A stretch of 64,000 nt of DNA from Mycobacteriales bacterium (GTDB lineage: Bacteria; Actinomycetota; Actinomycetes; Mycobacteriales; SCTD01). The stretch lies in the NCBI GenBank assembly GCA_040902655.1, contig JBBDWV010000040.1:6300-70299 (forward strand), read 5' to 3'. The position numbers were made by a program, and so were the translations under genes. Shown here piece by piece: positions 61,472 to 64,000 of the stretch; position 1 is the stretch's first letter, and the number at the start of each line of letters is the position of its first letter. The notes beneath the pieces were generated by a model, which saw only the letters and a program-made list of their open reading frames with translations, did not search any database and had not been told where the DNA came from.

Positions 61472-61996
61472 CTAGTTCCCTCCGTCCTGCGGCGGCTTGC
61501 CCCCGTCCCGCGGCGGCGCCTCCGGGCCCTCCACGACCTCACCGTCCACGATCTCGCCGCCCGCGACGTCGCCCCGGCGCTTCGGCGGTCGCCGGGCCCG
61601 CTCCGCCGCCAGCCCGCCCACCATCCCGACCACGCCGAGCCGCCTGGTGACCAGGCCGGTGAGCATCCGGCGCAGCACGGCGCGCGACGGTGGCAGCACA
61701 CACAGCAGCCCGAAGGCGTCGGTCGCGAAGCCCGGGGTCAGCAACAGTGCGCCGCCGAAGATCACCAGCGCACCGTCGGCCACTTCCCGCGCCGGCACCC
61801 GGCCGGAGCCCAGGGCCGTCCGGAAGGCACGCCAGGTCCGGGTGCCCTCCCGGCGCAGCAGGTAGGCCCCGAGCAGCGACATGACCAGCAGCAGGACCAG
61901 CGTCGGAAGGATGCCGAGTAGCTGACCGACCTGCACGAGGAGGTAGATCTCCACGAGCGGGACGATCACCAGGGTGGCGACCAGCAGGGCGGGCAT
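61472..61996 (-). CDS. fxsA: FxsA family membrane protein
   Basis: IVPLVEIYLLVQVGQLLGILPTLVLLLVMSLLGAYLLRREG and LLLTPGFATDAFGLLCVLPPSR. Confidence 0.82.
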   Translation of the reverse strand: MPALLVATLVIVPLVEIYLLVQVGQLLGILPTLVLLLVMSLLGAYLLRREGTRTWRAFRTALGSGRVPAREVADGALVIFGGALLLTPGFATDAFGLLCVLPPSRAVLRRMLTGLVTRRLGVVGMVGGLAAERARRPPKRRGDVAGGEIVDGEVVEGPEAPPRDGGKPPQDGGN

Positions 61997-61997
61997 G

Positions 61998-62780
61998 TCA
62001 GCCGCTGTCCGGGCGGCTGGGCCGGACGCCGCTCTCGCGATGGGTGGGTCGCACTTCCCGCCGGCGGCTGTTGCGCAGGCCCCACCAGGTGACCCGCCAG
62101 AGGGCCTCGAGCACGATCGCGCGGTTCATCTTGGACTCGCCCCGCTCGCGTTCGACGAAGGTGATCGGCACTTCGACGACCTCCCAGCCGGCCTTCCACG
62201 ACTGCCAGGCCAGGTCGACCTGGAAGCAGTAGCCCTGCGAGGCCACCTCCCCCAGGGGCAGCGCGTCGAGCACCTCCCGGCGGTAGGCGCGGTAGCCCCC
62301 CGTCGCGTCCTGCAGCGGTAGTCGTAGCAGGGTGCGGGCATAGGCGTTGCCGCCCCGGCTGAGGATCTCGCGTGACCTGGGCCAGTTGACCACCTTCCCG
62401 CCGGTGACCCAGCGGCTGCCGAGCACCAGGTCGGCGTGCTCGAGCGCCGCCAGCAGACGCGGTAGCTGCTCGGGTGAGTGCGAGCCGTCGGCGTCCATCT
62501 CCACGACGACGTCGTAGCCGTTGTCCCTCGCCCAGCCGAACCCGGCGATGTACGCGGCGCCGAGCCCAGTCTTGCCGGTCCGGTGGAGCACGTGCACCCG
62601 GTCGTCCGCGGCCGCCATGGCGTCCGCGATCTGCCCGGTCCCGTCGGGGCTGTTGTCGTCGACGACGAGCAGGTGCGCGCCCGGCACGGAGGCGAACAGC
62701 CGGCTGCCGATGATCTCGACGTTGTCCTTCTCGTTGTAGGTCGGCACGACGACGAGCACCCGGTCCAGCGGTGCCCTCAT
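61998..62780 (-). CDS. ppm1: polyprenol-monophosphomannose synthase (GT2, Ppm1 catalytic domain type)
   Basis: VVVPTYNEKDN, VVDDNSPDGTG, DADGSH and a C-terminal amphipathic tail. The stop lies 2 nt from the fxsA start. 4-nt overlap with lnt. Confidence 0.88.
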   Translation of the reverse strand: MRAPLDRVLVVVPTYNEKDNVEIIGSRLFASVPGAHLLVVDDNSPDGTGQIADAMAAADDRVHVLHRTGKTGLGAAYIAGFGWARDNGYDVVVEMDADGSHSPEQLPRLLAALEHADLVLGSRWVTGGKVVNWPRSREILSRGGNAYARTLLRLPLQDATGGYRAYRREVLDALPLGEVASQGYCFQVDLAWQSWKAGWEVVEVPITFVERERGESKMNRAIVLEALWRVTWWGLRNSRRREVRPTHRESGVRPSRPDSG

Positions 62781-64000
62781 GCGGACCGCCGCCGGCGCGC
62801 AGCGAGCAGCCCCAGCAGGCCCAGCCCGGACAGCACCGCCTCGGGCGCGGCACCGAGCCGGGTGGCCGGCGTGCGGCCGGTGCGTACCGGAACCTCGTGC
62901 ACCAGGACCTCCCGGGTGAAGACGGCCGCCTGCTCCACCAGCGTCCCGTCGGGCGCGATCACGGCGCTGATGCCGCTGGTCGCGGCGACCAGCACGGTGC
63001 GGCCGTGCTCGACCGCGCGCAGCCGGCCCATGGCCAGCTGCTGCACGGTCTCCCCGCTGCGGCCGAAGGTCGCGTTGTTGGTCTGCACGACGATCAGCCT
63101 GCCTCCTCCCGTGACGACATCGCGCACCAGGTCGTCATAGGCCACCTCGAAGCAGATGACGTCGCCGAGCCGGACCGGGCCGACGTCCAGCACCCCCACC
63201 TCATTGCCTGCGGCGAAATCGCGCGGGACCAGGTCGACCTTGCTCGTCACCCTCCGGACGAGGGAACGGTAGGGGATGTACTCCCCGAACGGCACCGGGT
63301 GGCGCTTGACGTAGCGGCGGCCGGGGCCGCTGACCGGGTCCCAGACGATGCCGGCGTTGCTGACCTGCTCCCCCGGGCCCAGCAGGACCGCGCCGACCAG
63401 GACCGGCACACCGATGTCCTGCACCGCCCCGTCGATGGCGGTGAAGGCCTCCGGATCGGTGAAAGGGTCCAGGTCCGAGGCATTTTCCGGCCAGATCACC
63501 AACTCGGGCCGCTCGGCCCGCCCGGCGCGCACGTCGGCCGCCAGCTCGCGGGTCGCGCTCACGTGGTTGGCCAGCACCGCGGCGCGCTGGGCATTGAAGT
63601 CCAGCCCGAGGCGCGGGACGTTGCCCTGTACGACGGCCACCCGTACGGACTCGCCCCCGGTCGGCAGCGGGACGACAGCGCCGGCTCCGGCAGCCAGGGC
63701 GCTGCCGCCGACGGCGACCAGCGCGGCCAGCACCGGCCCGCGCCGGGCGTGCAGCACCGACCAGGCCAGCGCGCCGGCCAGCAACGCCACGGTGAAGGTG
63801 ACCAGCGGCGCCCCGCCGAGTGCGGCCAGCGGCGTGAGGGCGCTGTCACCCTGGCTGAACGCGAGTCGCCCCCAGGGGAAGCCACCGAACGGAAGCCGCG
63901 CGCGCAGCGCCTCCTGCCCGGTCCAGAGGGCAGCCGACCACAGCGGCCAGGCCGCGGTGCGGGTGGCGAGCGACAGCGCGGCGCCGAGCAGCGCGAGGAA
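62777..64000 (-). CDS. lnt: apolipoprotein N-acyltransferase, 5'-truncated by window end
   Basis: C-terminal CN-hydrolase domain (VAVVQGNVP, ICFEV with catalytic Cys, ATSGISAVI). My manual translation upstream of the track ORF start in the same frame reads RLPFGGFPWGRLAFSQ, the Lnt signature, open to the window edge. Confidence 0.85.
   Translation of the reverse strand, partial: FLALLGAALSLATRTAAWPLWSAALWTGQEALRARLPFGGFPWGRLAFSQGDSALTPLAALGGAPLVTFTVALLAGALAWSVLHARRGPVLAALVAVGGSALAAGAGAVVPLPTGGESVRVAVVQGNVPRLGLDFNAQRAAVLANHVSATRELAADVRAGRAERPELVIWPENASDLDPFTDPEAFTAIDGAVQDIGVPVLVGAVLLGPGEQVSNAGIVWDPVSGPGRRYVKRHPVPFGEYIPYRSLVRRVTSKVDLVPRDFAAGNEVGVLDVGPVRLGDVICFEVAYDDLVRDVVTGGGRLIVVQTNNATFGRSGETVQQLAMGRLRAVEHGRTVLVAATSGISAVIAPDGTLVEQAAVFTREVLVHEVPVRTGRTPATRLGAAPEAVLSGLGLLGLLAARRRRSA

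Overview
High-GC actinobacterial chromosome segment. Hand counts of single 60-nt lines give about 75-78% GC in the backbone and about 60-67% in two accessory patches. As far as I recall the maps, the backbone is collinear with three Mycobacterium tuberculosis blocks. The first is Rv1693-Rv1713: tlyA, nadK, recN, steA-like, mctB-like, pyrG, Nudix, xerD, parA, scpA, scpB, rluB, cmk, der. The second is Rv1822-Rv1832: CDP-alcohol phosphatidyltransferase, DUF881/DUF1290/DUF881, gcvH, garA, ftsR-like MerR, DUF151 nuclease, second MerR, gcvP. The third is Rv2050-Rv2051c: rbpA, ppm1, lnt. A 28-bp dif-like site at 56878-56905 lies between convergent genes. Gene orientation switches there from mostly plus strand to mostly minus strand, so the replication terminus probably lies in this window. 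Accessory or unusual content: (1) a roughly 9.3-kb lower-GC metabolic island (15.4-24.7 kb) encoding a DUF3870-like protein, an OYE/2,4-dienoyl-CoA-reductase-type flavoenzyme, an acyl-CoA dehydrogenase, a MaoC hydratase, a family III CoA-transferase and TctCBA; (2) a GNAT gene broken by a perfect 41-bp tandem duplication; (3) two copies of a roughly 80-bp imperfect-palindrome repeat, each just downstream of a disrupted gene; (4) an orphan PD-(D/E)XK nuclease next to tRNA-Pro(GGG); (5) a frameshifted HelD-like helicase; (6) a single-polypeptide adenylation-carrier-AT3 membrane acyltransferase; (7) a C12-A-C3-G21 homopolymer hairpin that removes the expected stop of a DUF881 gene; (8) an SdpAB-like HTTM operon; (9) a candidate Mn2+ (yybP-ykoY) riboswitch upstream of a GDT1/UPF0016 gene. 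No CRISPR array, rRNA, transposase or integrase other than xerD was seen. The many long Arg/Ala/Pro/Gly-rich ORFs antisense or out of frame to recognisable genes are treated as GC-content artefacts. All functional calls come from motif recognition by eye and remembered family signatures, not from database searches.
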